The translations under genes were made by a program, and so were the position numbers. The notes under the pieces are model-generated. The model was not told the DNA's origin. It searched no databases and saw only the letters and a program-made list of their open reading frames with translations. Shown piece after piece: positions 1-9,205 of a DNA stretch of 54,018 bases (position 1 is its first letter; each line of letters begins with the position of its first letter). The DNA lies in contig JACRBE010000013.1 in assembly GCA_016213235.1 (NCBI GenBank), positions 1 through 54,018 on the forward strand. The letters run 5' to 3'. The stretch comes from Chlamydiales bacterium. Lineage in GTDB: Bacteria; Chlamydiota; Chlamydiia; Chlamydiales; JACRBE01.

Positions 1-1
1 A

Positions 2-289
2 GGAAGAGTAAAAGGAAGAGATTGGTATGACCTGGTCTGGTATGTTGCAAAAAAAATACCACTCCATTTATCTCATCTTGAATTGCGGTTAAAACAGACA
101 GCTTTTATCGATGAAAATGTCAACCTTTCTCCTGATGTTTTTTCTCAATTATATTTGGAAAAAGTAAAAAAATTGGATGTTGCATCAGCAAAAGCTGATG
201 TAATATCTTTTATTGCTCATCCTGAAGTCTTAGAAATATGGTCACAATCTTATTTTCTTGATCTTCTACCGAAAATTAATTTTTGTTAA
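2..289 (+). CDS. Nucleotidyltransferase AbiEii/AbiGii toxin family protein, C-terminal part (5' end outside window)
   Basis: Frame open from base 2: GRVKGRDWYDLVWYVAKKIPLHLSHLELRLKQT...; the RxKGRDWYD motif is typical of AbiEii-like NTases. Confidence 0.75.
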   Translation, partial: GRVKGRDWYDLVWYVAKKIPLHLSHLELRLKQTAFIDENVNLSPDVFSQLYLEKVKKLDVASAKADVISFIAHPEVLEIWSQSYFLDLLPKINFC

Positions 290-398
290 AAGACCCCCAT
301 AAGTTAACCGTTGGAAAACATCCGGATATTTTAACCTGAAAGTTAGCGCATTGCTAACATACCGGTTATTTTAGCAGTAAAAGCAGGTGTGACACATG

Positions 399-1094
399 CT
401 AGTGAAATTGTACTACATGTGTCATAGGGGAGAGGATAATTTCATCACAAACAGAAGAGGAGCGCATCTTCAAGATCATTTTTACAGCCATTGCGATGTC
501 TTCTGGCAGTAATGCATGAGCATCGTCCTCTCCCGGTGCAAAATTTAAGTGATCATAAAAACTCGTTCTTGTCATGCCAGGCTGTATCATGGATACACGA
601 GTGCCTGATTTGCCACACTCTTGTCTGATAGCTTGTGCAAAGCCTCTTAATGCAAATTTGGAGGCGCAGTAAATAGATCCTTTTCTTTTCCCCTCCAGCG
701 CTGCTTCTGATCCGATAAAAATAATGTCCGTATGCTGTTTCGTTTTCAAGAATCCTATCAGATGTTTGACCAAATAGACATGAGATAAAAAATTCACATC
801 CATCATTTCATGGATATGCTCAAAAGATAGTTGCTCTAAATGTCCAAAATATCCAACACCTGCATTACAAATCAGTCCATCTACCTGAGGATGGGTAGAA
901 GTGATTGTTTTTACCATGTTATCTATTTGATCCAAATGAGACAGATCACAGGTAATATGATGATAGTTACAAGAAGAAAAAGAGGGTGTTGTTCTGGATA
1001 TACCAATAACGGTATGGCCATCCTCGAGAAGGTGCTCTACGCATGTTTTCCCAATACCGGAGCTGGATCCGGTGACGATGATGGTTCTTAACAT
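399..1094 (-). CDS. Short-chain dehydrogenase/reductase (SDR)
   Basis: TGSSSGIG Rossmann motif, CNAG, YCASK catalytic YxxxK; ATG at 1094 overlaps the stop of the upstream gene. Confidence 0.92.
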   Translation of the reverse strand: MLRTIIVTGSSSGIGKTCVEHLLEDGHTVIGISRTTPSFSSCNYHHITCDLSHLDQIDNMVKTITSTHPQVDGLICNAGVGYFGHLEQLSFEHIHEMMDVNFLSHVYLVKHLIGFLKTKQHTDIIFIGSEAALEGKRKGSIYCASKFALRGFAQAIRQECGKSGTRVSMIQPGMTRTSFYDHLNFAPGEDDAHALLPEDIAMAVKMILKMRSSSVCDEIILSPMTHVVQFH

Positions 1095-2038
1095 AAAAAT
1101 AACTGCTCTTGTGGTACATGTTTTAATATTGCATCTTTGCAAAAAGTCAGGAGTTCTGTTTTTTCCTGGTTGGAGTGGATCAAAGGTTCATGGGGGAGTA
1201 AAGATTCCATCTTCTTTTTAAAATCGGGAGGCAGGCGATAGTGCCCCAGTGTTACAGAGTGCAAGCGACTATGGTTAATAATAGAAAACGAATCTTGGAA
1301 TAGCGATAGATAATGGGAAGTAGCATTTTTGAAGGAAATAATAGGATCAAAACGCAGTCCGATGTTCCATCCCCTTTGTTGCAATTTCCCGATGCATTCC
1401 AGGCGCTTTGCTGTAGAAGGAGCTTTAATTTCAACTTCTTTTGCTACAATGGAAGGATTTAAACTATAGGCAATCACGACATTGTTTAAAGGGGGTAACT
1501 CTAACAAGGAGTGGATGTTGGAACTTTTTGTCCTCAGCTCAAATGTAACATGGGGATGTTTGGAAAAAAAAGAGTAATAGCTCTTAATAAAGTGAGTGAT
1601 GGATTCTAAAGCTAAACTATCTCCATCATAACCGGTAAAGATGGTAACGCTATTATCCGGATGAGGGCTTATGGTTTTTGCAACAGCTGTTTGAAAATCT
1701 TCATGATTGACAAAATAGACATAGTGGGCTGATCGATACATCGCTTGCAAAAAACAGTATTTACAATCAAAAGGGCAATTTAATACATGGGAAAAATAAT
1801 AGTTATGATTGCGTCCAATACCATATGTAGGAGGTGTTTCATGGATAAACCCCTGATGTTTTTTAGCAAGTATTAGAGCTGGGTGCTCTTTTTGCAAACG
1901 AAAGTGCTGGGAAGAGCGGTTGAAAATTTCTGTATAGCGTGAAATAAACACACTGCTTGCGCTCTTAAATTGCTCTCTTATGCGGGCCACAGTAGGATGC
2001 TCACGAATTTCTTCTTCGATATAGATCATGGTAAACAT
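1088..2038 (-). CDS. Spore photoproduct lyase (SPL)-family radical SAM protein
   Basis: CPFDCKYC CxxxCxxC motif, ELRTKS, RFDPII and SVTLG segments typical of the SPL family. Confidence 0.85.
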   Translation of the reverse strand: MFTMIYIEEEIREHPTVARIREQFKSASSVFISRYTEIFNRSSQHFRLQKEHPALILAKKHQGFIHETPPTYGIGRNHNYYFSHVLNCPFDCKYCFLQAMYRSAHYVYFVNHEDFQTAVAKTISPHPDNSVTIFTGYDGDSLALESITHFIKSYYSFFSKHPHVTFELRTKSSNIHSLLELPPLNNVVIAYSLNPSIVAKEVEIKAPSTAKRLECIGKLQQRGWNIGLRFDPIISFKNATSHYLSLFQDSFSIINHSRLHSVTLGHYRLPPDFKKKMESLLPHEPLIHSNQEKTELLTFCKDAILKHVPQEQLFLC

Positions 2039-2835
2039 GGCAAAGAAATCTCCAAGCTATTCAGACGTATTTGTAATTGCTCTAAAAAAACAGATGCTGC
2101 TTGTGATGCATCAAAAAGCTCTATAACTGTTTTCTGTTCTAATTTTAGTAGGATTGTTTGATGGAGTAATCTGCTTAATTGATGCTCTTGTGTAACACTA
2201 AAGTGTTTTTGCATGATAAAAGTGGCATAAAGAGGGTGCTTTTCCTGGTTTAATTGGTTTTCATAAGAAAGAAGGATATCAATAACTGCTTTTACCAAAG
2301 GCATTTTTTTTATCATCTCCTCGCATATAAATGTCTTGTTTATTTGCGTATGATGGGAAACACCATGATCAGAAATATATTTTATCGATTGAATAGACTC
2401 TAAAGGAGCAAATTTACTTGCAGCATGGAAAAATCCATAACTTTCCATATCTACTACCATGTTGGCTCCTACATGCTGCTGAGAAGAGAAAAAAGAGCAA
2501 AAAGGCATGAGCTTACAGGGAGCTTTAAACGAATAGCTAGGATAAATAATAGGAGATGCTAGCTCCATGTTGATGGAAAGAGGCATTACCATTTCACCAA
2601 GAGGAAGATCCTTTGATGCTGCTATTCCAATATTGAGCCAGCTATGTATTTGCTCTCTTTTTATGCCACTGATATAGCCTATAGCGTTAATAGTAGAAAG
2701 CATGCCAATACCACAGACAATAAGTGTAATATTCTCTTTTTCATAAATGAGAAAAGGGGACTGCTCGATTTGTTTTAAGTGAAAAAAGTCGATAAGAGGT
2801 TTTGCTTCCAAGGGGAGCGCTGTAGCAATAATCAT
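2026..2835 (-). CDS. Nucleoside phosphorylase / MTA-SAH nucleosidase-like protein
   Basis: ATALPLEA, GIGM, WLNIGIA, VDMESYGF and KYISD motifs of the PNP_UDP_1 fold. Confidence 0.75.
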   Translation of the reverse strand: MIIATALPLEAKPLIDFFHLKQIEQSPFLIYEKENITLIVCGIGMLSTINAIGYISGIKREQIHSWLNIGIAASKDLPLGEMVMPLSINMELASPIIYPSYSFKAPCKLMPFCSFFSSQQHVGANMVVDMESYGFFHAASKFAPLESIQSIKYISDHGVSHHTQINKTFICEEMIKKMPLVKAVIDILLSYENQLNQEKHPLYATFIMQKHFSVTQEHQLSRLLHQTILLKLEQKTVIELFDASQAASVFLEQLQIRLNSLEISLPCLP

Positions 2836-3638
2836 GAGAATTCTTTATACAACTCTTTACGGTTTTTACCAGTTAGCGTAGCAGTTAATTTTGCAGCTTG
2901 TGGTAGCTTTAGTCCATACTCTTTTACAAGCATATCCATGAGTTGTTTTTCTGATAAACTGATAGACCCCTCTTGCGGTATCCCTTCGATAAACAACACA
3001 ATTTCCCCTCTTGGAGGATGCTGTGTGTAGTAGTCTAACATCTCCTGAACAGACCCCTCTTTTTTCTCCTCAAAGAGCTTGGTCAGTTCCCGAAATATCA
3101 TGATGCTCGTATCTGCTTTTATTTCGTGGATTTCTTTTAGTATTTTTAATAGATCATGGGGCGCTACATAGAAGGCGGAGAGTCCATCATAATAGATACT
3201 CTCTTCTATCTGCTTTTTTCTTGCATTTGCTTTATCATGAAAAAAACCGAGAAACTGCCACTTTTTATAAGGCTTTCCAATTAATGATAGTGCTGTAATG
3301 ACAGCAGAGGGCCCCGGTATGGAAAAGTAGGGGATATCAGCTTCCTTTACAGCCTGTACAAGAAAAGAGCCCGGATCGCAAATAAGAGGAGTTCCCGCAT
3401 CAGATAAAAGAGCGATGTTTTTCCCACTTTGAAGATCTTGGATAACGGGAGCTATTTTCTTCTTTTCATTAAAGAGATGAAAGCTGACAAGTGGCTTTGA
3501 AATACCATAATGATCCATTAAAACTTTTGTTTTACGAGTATCTTCACAAAGCAGGTAATCACAAGTATTAATTGTTTCAACAGCTCTGAAGGAGAAATCT
3601 TTCAGATTTCCAATGGGTGTGGCAATGATAAATAACAT
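2832..3638 (-). CDS. rsmI: 16S rRNA (cytidine1402-2'-O)-methyltransferase
   Basis: MLFIIATPIGNLKD, CEDTR, SDAGTPLICDPG, IPGPSA, RELTKLFEE, RGEIVL; start set at ATG 3638 because the longer ORF overlaps the tRNA. Confidence 0.95.
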   Translation of the reverse strand: MLFIIATPIGNLKDFSFRAVETINTCDYLLCEDTRKTKVLMDHYGISKPLVSFHLFNEKKKIAPVIQDLQSGKNIALLSDAGTPLICDPGSFLVQAVKEADIPYFSIPGPSAVITALSLIGKPYKKWQFLGFFHDKANARKKQIEESIYYDGLSAFYVAPHDLLKILKEIHEIKADTSIMIFRELTKLFEEKKEGSVQEMLDYYTQHPPRGEIVLFIEGIPQEGSISLSEKQLMDMLVKEYGLKLPQAAKLTATLTGKNRKELYKEFS

Positions 3639-3653
3639 AACTGTATGGGAATA

Positions 3654-3725
3654 AGGTGGCACCCAGGATTGAACTGGGGAATGGGAGCTTTGCAGGCTCC
3701 TGCCTTACCGCTTGGCTATGCCACC
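3654..3725 (-). tRNA. tRNA-Cys (GCA)
   Basis: GGTGGCATAGCCAAGCGGTAAGGCAGGAGCCTGCAAAGCTCCCATTCCCCAGTTCAATCCTGGGTGCCACCT: acceptor, D, anticodon (GCA) and T arms; CCA not encoded. Confidence 0.97.
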
Positions 3726-3856
3726 ACTTTAATTTTGACGAAATTATGCCTAAATCAAAATTATGGGGCAATCAATAAAAGAGATGGGAACAATTAATTA
3801 TAAAACACCCAATTCATTGATGGAGAAGTGCAATTTGGAATAAGCAAATAATCCTC

Positions 3857-5332
3857 TTAATCTCTACTATAGTGGCTACATTTCTCAAGAAAAGAGGTCC
3901 AAGCCTCGTTCATAGATTCTTTAAGGGATTCCCATTCGAGATCGTCATCGGGGTATTCTTGTAAAACACCAATGTATACAAGTATTTCTTTTACATCATC
4001 ATCTGTTAGGGAGCCTACACCTTTTGCAGGAAAATGTTGTTCCATATAGATCAGTCTTTCTTTATCTCCTATAAAATCTTCATTCGTAATATGATCCGGT
4101 ATTTTTCTTGTTAGACACTTATCTACAAATTGTCCGTATTTATCACCAGGTCTAGAAAATGATCCATCATTTAAGCGATCTCTAATAGAAATAATGAGGT
4201 CTTTTGGAGTGAAACCTCCTTGTAATACCTGAAATATTTCATCCATGGTGATAAACTTATTCTCTGCATCATGTCGAGCATCCTGGGTCGGATTTAGTCC
4301 TAAAAGATTTCCAAGAGCATCTTGCACAGCGCTTGTTGCATGGATCTCAAGATTTCGGAGTCCTCGTACATATCCGGTTCTTCTATCAATGGTACTATCA
4401 TAAACTGTTCTTTCTACCTCGAAATGTTTCCTGAATAACCCTATTTTGAAGTTGTATATCCATAATGCAATTTGAGATTCCAGTTTAGAGTCTTTATATA
4501 GGGTTTCAACTACAATGGTATGAAATTCATTTGCAAATGCAAAAATACAAGTTCTACCTGCAAGCCCAGCTACTTTTGTCAAAATCTCGGTTTTCTCTTC
4601 TTTAGAGAGCTTCAGTGACTGAAGCATATGAAGGATTATGCGAAGAAGAGAGTGTACCTCACGTCTTATTTCCCCACTTGGATCTCTATTACTATATAGA
4701 GTTGGTATTACATTAATAATACCGGTAATTATTTCTAATGTAGCATTTTCCGATCGATCGGTTGTATCAAAAAGTGTTTGTGCGATCGTATTAATGTCAC
4801 GAATATCTAAAGATTGCGTTGTTGTTTTTAACTCTTCCAAAGTAGGCCCATCGTATTTTGGTTTTTGTTGTAGACCGAATACTCCAACATGTACTTTCGT
4901 AAAATCACAGGTACCATCCGGTCTTCCCATGTTAGCAGGTGTAGCGCCACCAGTGGTAGTGCCAGGATTTGGACGAGAAGGTGTTGAGCTAGGAATAGTT
5001 GGATGTATAGGAGATGTTGGACTATCTCCTTCATTTGGATCAATGATTTGATGGAAAAGAGAGGTGATGCGATCATCTTGTGCTATGATTTTTCCTACAA
5101 TTGCTAAAAGAGTAGGTAGTATAGTAACAAGAGCAAATATCCCCATTATGACATCGCAGATAGTAAGTGCTACTACTTCAACATCTTTAATATTATTTGG
5201 ATCACTTGCATCAACGGTATAAGTATTTCCGCAGCAAAGAAGCCGTATGCCTTTGCCACAATACTCTAAGAAGCAAGGCTCTTCACCCATCACATAATTT
5301 GTAAGATAAAATCTTGTTTCTACATCACACAT
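3857..5332 (-). CDS. Effector-like membrane-anchored protein, paralog 1 (DUF648-like N-terminus, DUF1548-like C-terminus)
   Basis: 491 aa; N-terminal hydrophobic segment, Pro/Thr linker, shared C-x6-EF and H-x9-G-x2-LGL motifs with 5352-6866 and 9182-10588. Confidence 0.7.
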   Translation of the reverse strand: MCDVETRFYLTNYVMGEEPCFLEYCGKGIRLLCCGNTYTVDASDPNNIKDVEVVALTICDVIMGIFALVTILPTLLAIVGKIIAQDDRITSLFHQIIDPNEGDSPTSPIHPTIPSSTPSRPNPGTTTGGATPANMGRPDGTCDFTKVHVGVFGLQQKPKYDGPTLEELKTTTQSLDIRDINTIAQTLFDTTDRSENATLEIITGIINVIPTLYSNRDPSGEIRREVHSLLRIILHMLQSLKLSKEEKTEILTKVAGLAGRTCIFAFANEFHTIVVETLYKDSKLESQIALWIYNFKIGLFRKHFEVERTVYDSTIDRRTGYVRGLRNLEIHATSAVQDALGNLLGLNPTQDARHDAENKFITMDEIFQVLQGGFTPKDLIISIRDRLNDGSFSRPGDKYGQFVDKCLTRKIPDHITNEDFIGDKERLIYMEQHFPAKGVGSLTDDDVKEILVYIGVLQEYPDDDLEWESLKESMNEAWTSFLEKCSHYSRD

Positions 5333-5351
5333 GCTTGTTTCCCTTTTTTAA

Positions 5352-6866
5352 TTATAATCTATCGCCAAATTGACCAGGTCTTGGTCTATCACCCATTTCT
5401 ATCATTCTTTTTTCTTCTTTTTCGAGTTCGTTTATTAAAGCTTGGCGCTTATCTTCCCAATCCTCGTTCATTTGCTCTACTAAAGCTACTTCACCAGTAT
5501 CACTATCTGCTGGCGCTAAAATTTCAAGGTGTGTTAACACGATAGCTATATCTTCATTAGTAAGTGTTCCTTGCTTTCCCTCTTTATAATGCTCGTCAAC
5601 ATATACATATGGATTTATTCCCTCTCCACCACTACGCATAATTTCTTCTGATTTTTTTTCTAGATAATCGCTTAAATGCTCAACAAGGAAATTGCCTGTA
5701 GATGTTTTTGGAAAGTCCGTAGCATTTAATAAGTCTTTTACGCTCTCAATAATAAGTTGAGGGGTATATTTTTGTTTTAGAATAAATAAGATATTCGTCG
5801 GATTAATATGATCTTTATAAGAATCTACCGCTCCAAAACCTCTTAATCTAGCTGTAGAAGAAGGAAGCCCTAGATACTTTCCAAGAATATATTTAATGGT
5901 GTCAATAAAATGCCATTCACCGAGTGGTGATAGGGTTTTTCCATTAGGTGCTCTAAACCCTGATGCAAAATTGGAGAGTAAAATCTGTAGTTTTAGAGTT
6001 TGTAAAAGATATAAAATACGCTCTAGTGCAAGATTATTTGTATCTTTTGGATCTGGTCTTTTAAAGAATATGTCCATAGCAAGATCTGCAAATTCTTTTT
6101 CATATGTTTCCATACATACATTTGCAGCTGCTGAAAGACGCACAAGGATCACTCTTTTTTCTGTATCATCTTTACAAGATGTGATCAATAAGTAGGAAAA
6201 TAATCGGATCTTTGTCCTGATCTGATTAGCAAGTTTATTATTGTCATTAAGGTGAGACAGGTTGTCATCTAAATTAGCCACTTTATTTCCCATCAGTTCT
6301 AATGCTTTTAACGTTTCATCCCCAGGAGGAAATAATCGTCTAGCTTCAGTTAAAACGCTCTCTTGATGGGTGTATGGTTCAAATCTATAATTGGCGGTAT
6401 CTGCAGCATCTTGTAATTTGTCCAATTCAGCTTGTTCAATGGTTGGCGCTCGAGAGAGGCCGATAATACTTGTTTGATAAAGTGTAAAGTCGACTGTTTT
6501 GTCATCTGATACAGGACAAATCGGTGAAGGAGGAATGATAAGGGTGGTTTGTCGTACAGTAGTATCGTCAGAATTAAGTACCTTATCAAAAATAGTAGAT
6601 ATTCGATCATCACGAGAAATAAGTTTTGCTACAAAAGCAAGTATAGTAGGTAAAACTGTTACCAGCATAAAAATACCAAGAGCGATGTCACATACAGTTT
6701 TAGCGATTCTTTCTACAGACGTTACTTCTATACCTCTTTGGTCTTCATTGAATTCAATCTCATAAACGTCTCCACAACCAAGTAGTTGCAACCCTTTGCC
6801 TAAACAATTCATCCAAGGATCTTCTACACCTTGAATATGATTTCCTAAATAAAATAAAGTTGACAT
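5352..6866 (-). CDS. Effector-like membrane-anchored protein, paralog 2
   Basis: MSTLFYLGN start aligns with the other paralogs; CMETYEKEF and EWHFIDTIKYILGKYLGL motifs. Confidence 0.7.
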   Translation of the reverse strand: MSTLFYLGNHIQGVEDPWMNCLGKGLQLLGCGDVYEIEFNEDQRGIEVTSVERIAKTVCDIALGIFMLVTVLPTILAFVAKLISRDDRISTIFDKVLNSDDTTVRQTTLIIPPSPICPVSDDKTVDFTLYQTSIIGLSRAPTIEQAELDKLQDAADTANYRFEPYTHQESVLTEARRLFPPGDETLKALELMGNKVANLDDNLSHLNDNNKLANQIRTKIRLFSYLLITSCKDDTEKRVILVRLSAAANVCMETYEKEFADLAMDIFFKRPDPKDTNNLALERILYLLQTLKLQILLSNFASGFRAPNGKTLSPLGEWHFIDTIKYILGKYLGLPSSTARLRGFGAVDSYKDHINPTNILFILKQKYTPQLIIESVKDLLNATDFPKTSTGNFLVEHLSDYLEKKSEEIMRSGGEGINPYVYVDEHYKEGKQGTLTNEDIAIVLTHLEILAPADSDTGEVALVEQMNEDWEDKRQALINELEKEEKRMIEMGDRPRPGQFGDRL

Positions 6867-6994
6867 TGTTATTCCTAAATTAGTTATTTCGATCAAAAAT
6901 ATAAGTTATTTGTGTTTTTATTTAAATATAAAATTGTTTTTTAATTTTGCATAAAACATTGTTTTATTTAAAAATTATAATTTTATTTATATTG

Positions 6995-7036
6995 AAAACA
7001 GCTATTCGTCTGAATAAGACGAATAATTGTTTTTTT
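6995..7036 (-). terminator. Putative intrinsic terminator
   Basis: TATTCGTCT-n5-AGACGAATA stem flanked by A and T runs, just downstream of the paralog 3'-end relic. Confidence 0.45.
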
Positions 7037-7059
7037 GATTATAAAAGATTGTTTAAGAG

Positions 7060-7110
7060 TTAATACCCTCTTTTTGCCTGACGGTCAGTGTGCATTTGTC
7101 CTAAAAGGGC
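7060..7110 (-). pseudogene. Orphan 3'-end relic of a paralog-family gene
   Basis: Translates ALLGQMHTDRQAKRGY*; aligns with ALVEQMNEDWEDKR (paralog 2) and SVLIRMQAAFLAK (paralog 3). Confidence 0.55.
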
Positions 7111-7112
7111 TT

Positions 7113-7158
7113 AAATTCTATCAACAAACAGCATTTTGGCTGTTTGTTGATAGAATTT
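7113..7158. repeat. Perfect 20-bp inverted repeat with 6-nt loop
   Basis: AAATTCTATCAACAAACAGC-attttg-GCTGTTTGTTGATAGAATTT. Confidence 0.95.
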
Positions 7159-7240
7159 TATCGCGACGTTATTCAATTTCTCTATCGTGATGTGGCAGCA
7201 GGCCGTGGGCTGTCCTCCTATAGGAAAATAGGGTTTTTAG

Positions 7241-7400
7241 AGTATCCGCTGGATATAAATCTCTAAACGAGGCGGATACTTTTGGTTCTTGACGTTTATC
7301 CGCGGGATTTGATAAATTATATTCAGCGGATACTTAATGGATTCAATGAGTATCCGCTACGGATAAAACTGGAAACGCCGCGCGATAACTCTGCGGATGA
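7241..7400 (+). promoter_or_regulatory. 54-bp-periodic TATCCGC/GCGGATA operator-like array
   Basis: TATCCGC at 7243, 7297, 7351; GCGGATA at 7272, 7326; TTGACG -35-like hexamer at 7289. Confidence 0.65.
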
Positions 7401-7449
7401 TTGCGCCTTTGATTATAAGTTAGTTGCGAATTTTAAAAAGGATGGCCTG

Positions 7450-8949
7450 ATGTTAAAGAAAAAAGTTGGTCTTGAGGAAAGTGATAAAGAGAAGATCATT
7501 GGGAGATGGAGGGAATTAGAGCTTCTGAGAGAGCTTTTTGACTCAAGAAGGGCAGAGTTTATCGCGGTCTATGGAAGACGCAGGGTAGGGAAAACCTACT
7601 TGATAAAAAATCTCATTGATTCCTTGCCAGCAGTCTTTTTTCACGTCACTGGTATTCAGCGGGGACCTCTAAAAGACCAACTGGCTGAATTTGCTAAACA
7701 AATTGGCGTGGCCTTTTATCAAGGCCCGTCTCTTATTCCTAGATCTAGCTGGATCGATACTTTTGAGGATCTCACGACTGCCATCAATAAAATTCCGAAA
7801 GATCAAAAAGTGGTCCTCTTCTTTGATGAATTTCCTTGGATGGTGACTCCGCGTTCGAAGCTTATTATGGCTTTAGAATTGTATTGGAATCGATATTGGG
7901 TATTTGATAATCGAATTAAACTGATTATTTGCGGTTCTGCTACATCATGGATTATTGAAAATATTATCAACAATAAAGGGGGGCTTCATAATAGAGTAAC
8001 CCGTACGATCCATTTACAACCCTTTTCCCTATACGAGACAGAGAGCTATTTAAAGGAATATAAAATCAATCTCAATCGAAAGCAAATTCTCGATCTTTAT
8101 ACTGTTTTAGGTGGAGTGCCCCTTTATTGGTCTTATGTGAGAAAAGGGCATTCTGCCTATCAGTGTATCGATGAGTTATGTTTTCAAAGAAATGGTCCAC
8201 TAGTTAAAGAATTTGAACGTTTGTTTGAATCTCTATTTGAAGATGCAGGGCCTTATATTGAGCTAATTCGTACAATTGCTGGGCATCGCTACGGGATTGG
8301 CCAAGCAGAATTAATAGCAAAATCACAACTTCCTGATGGCGGGTACACTGTGCGCCGATTGCATCAATTAGAAGAAGCAGGATTTATTACAAGCCTTGTT
8401 CCTTATGGGAGAAAAGATAAAGGGCTGTATTATGTAATTAATGATGAATATAGCCTGTTTTATTTGTATTGGATGGAGCCGAAATTGAAGGTTATTTCTA
8501 GAAAATCCATTAATCAGGGATTCTGGTTAGCGCAAGCAAATCAACCTGCATGGAAAACTTGGGCAGCGTTATCTTTCGAATCTACTTGCTATAAACACAT
8601 CGATCAAATCCGCAAAGCGCTAAAAATTGATCCAGGAGCCTCCTCTGGGACTTGGCGATTCGTTCCAAAATCAGGGCAAGGAGAGGGAGCGCAAATAGAT
8701 CTTCTTTTTGATCGACTAGACGGAGCAATTACTCTTTGCGAAATTAAATATTCGGACAAACCATTTGCCATTGACAAATCTTATGCACAAGAAATTTTAA
8801 AAAAAATGGAAGTATTTAGGCAACAAACGAAGACAAAAAAACAGCTCTTCTTCTCTATGATCACGACCATGGGCTTAAAACCAACCATGTATTCTGAAGA
8901 ACTTATTTCTAACGAGGCTACCCTGGATGATTTGTTTAAAAATATTTAA
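7450..8949 (+). CDS. AAA family ATPase (archaeal-ATPase type) with wHTH and C-terminal PD-(D/E)XK-like domain
   Basis: Walker A GRRRVGKT, Walker B FFDEFPW, ICGS, GGVP, QIDLL...LCEIKY; ATG 7450 preferred over TTG 7282. Confidence 0.88.
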   Translation: MLKKKVGLEESDKEKIIGRWRELELLRELFDSRRAEFIAVYGRRRVGKTYLIKNLIDSLPAVFFHVTGIQRGPLKDQLAEFAKQIGVAFYQGPSLIPRSSWIDTFEDLTTAINKIPKDQKVVLFFDEFPWMVTPRSKLIMALELYWNRYWVFDNRIKLIICGSATSWIIENIINNKGGLHNRVTRTIHLQPFSLYETESYLKEYKINLNRKQILDLYTVLGGVPLYWSYVRKGHSAYQCIDELCFQRNGPLVKEFERLFESLFEDAGPYIELIRTIAGHRYGIGQAELIAKSQLPDGGYTVRRLHQLEEAGFITSLVPYGRKDKGLYYVINDEYSLFYLYWMEPKLKVISRKSINQGFWLAQANQPAWKTWAALSFESTCYKHIDQIRKALKIDPGASSGTWRFVPKSGQGEGAQIDLLFDRLDGAITLCEIKYSDKPFAIDKSYAQEILKKMEVFRQQTKTKKQLFFSMITTMGLKPTMYSEELISNEATLDDLFKNI

Positions 8950-9034
8950 TCAGAATTTTATTTAAAATTTTAATTGCTTGTATTTTGAAGCTTGTTTTGA
9001 ATTAAAATTGTTGTGTATCATGATAAATGAAAAA

Positions 9035-9205
9035 ATGAAAAATCGTTTCAAAACAGTTTTATTTGCCCTGCTTGGCGTTTTTTGTGCAATTGGAACTACT
9101 CCAGTGTGGGCGGCGGCTTCTCAGAACCAAGAAAAGAAGGATAGCGTGGATTACAAGTTGGAAAAAACCGGTGCCCTGATTTTAAAAGACAACACCGCGG
9201 TATAG
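9035..9205 (+). pseudogene. Probable truncated secreted-protein gene (signal peptide only)
   Basis: MKNRFKTVLFALLGVFCAIGTTPVWA signal peptide followed by about 30 aa that run head-on into paralog 3. Confidence 0.45.

Noticed and set aside
3577..3771. 64-aa ORF and the extended rsmI start at 3662
   Set aside because: Both overlap tRNA-Cys; rsmI homology begins at ATG 3638
7241..7400. Regularly spaced repeats as a CRISPR array
   Set aside because: Repeats are only 7-11 bp and alternate in orientation; no cas genes in the window
7282..7449. N-terminal extension of the AAA ATPase from TTG 7282
   Set aside because: Runs through the operator array; ATG 7450 with an upstream AAGGA fits better
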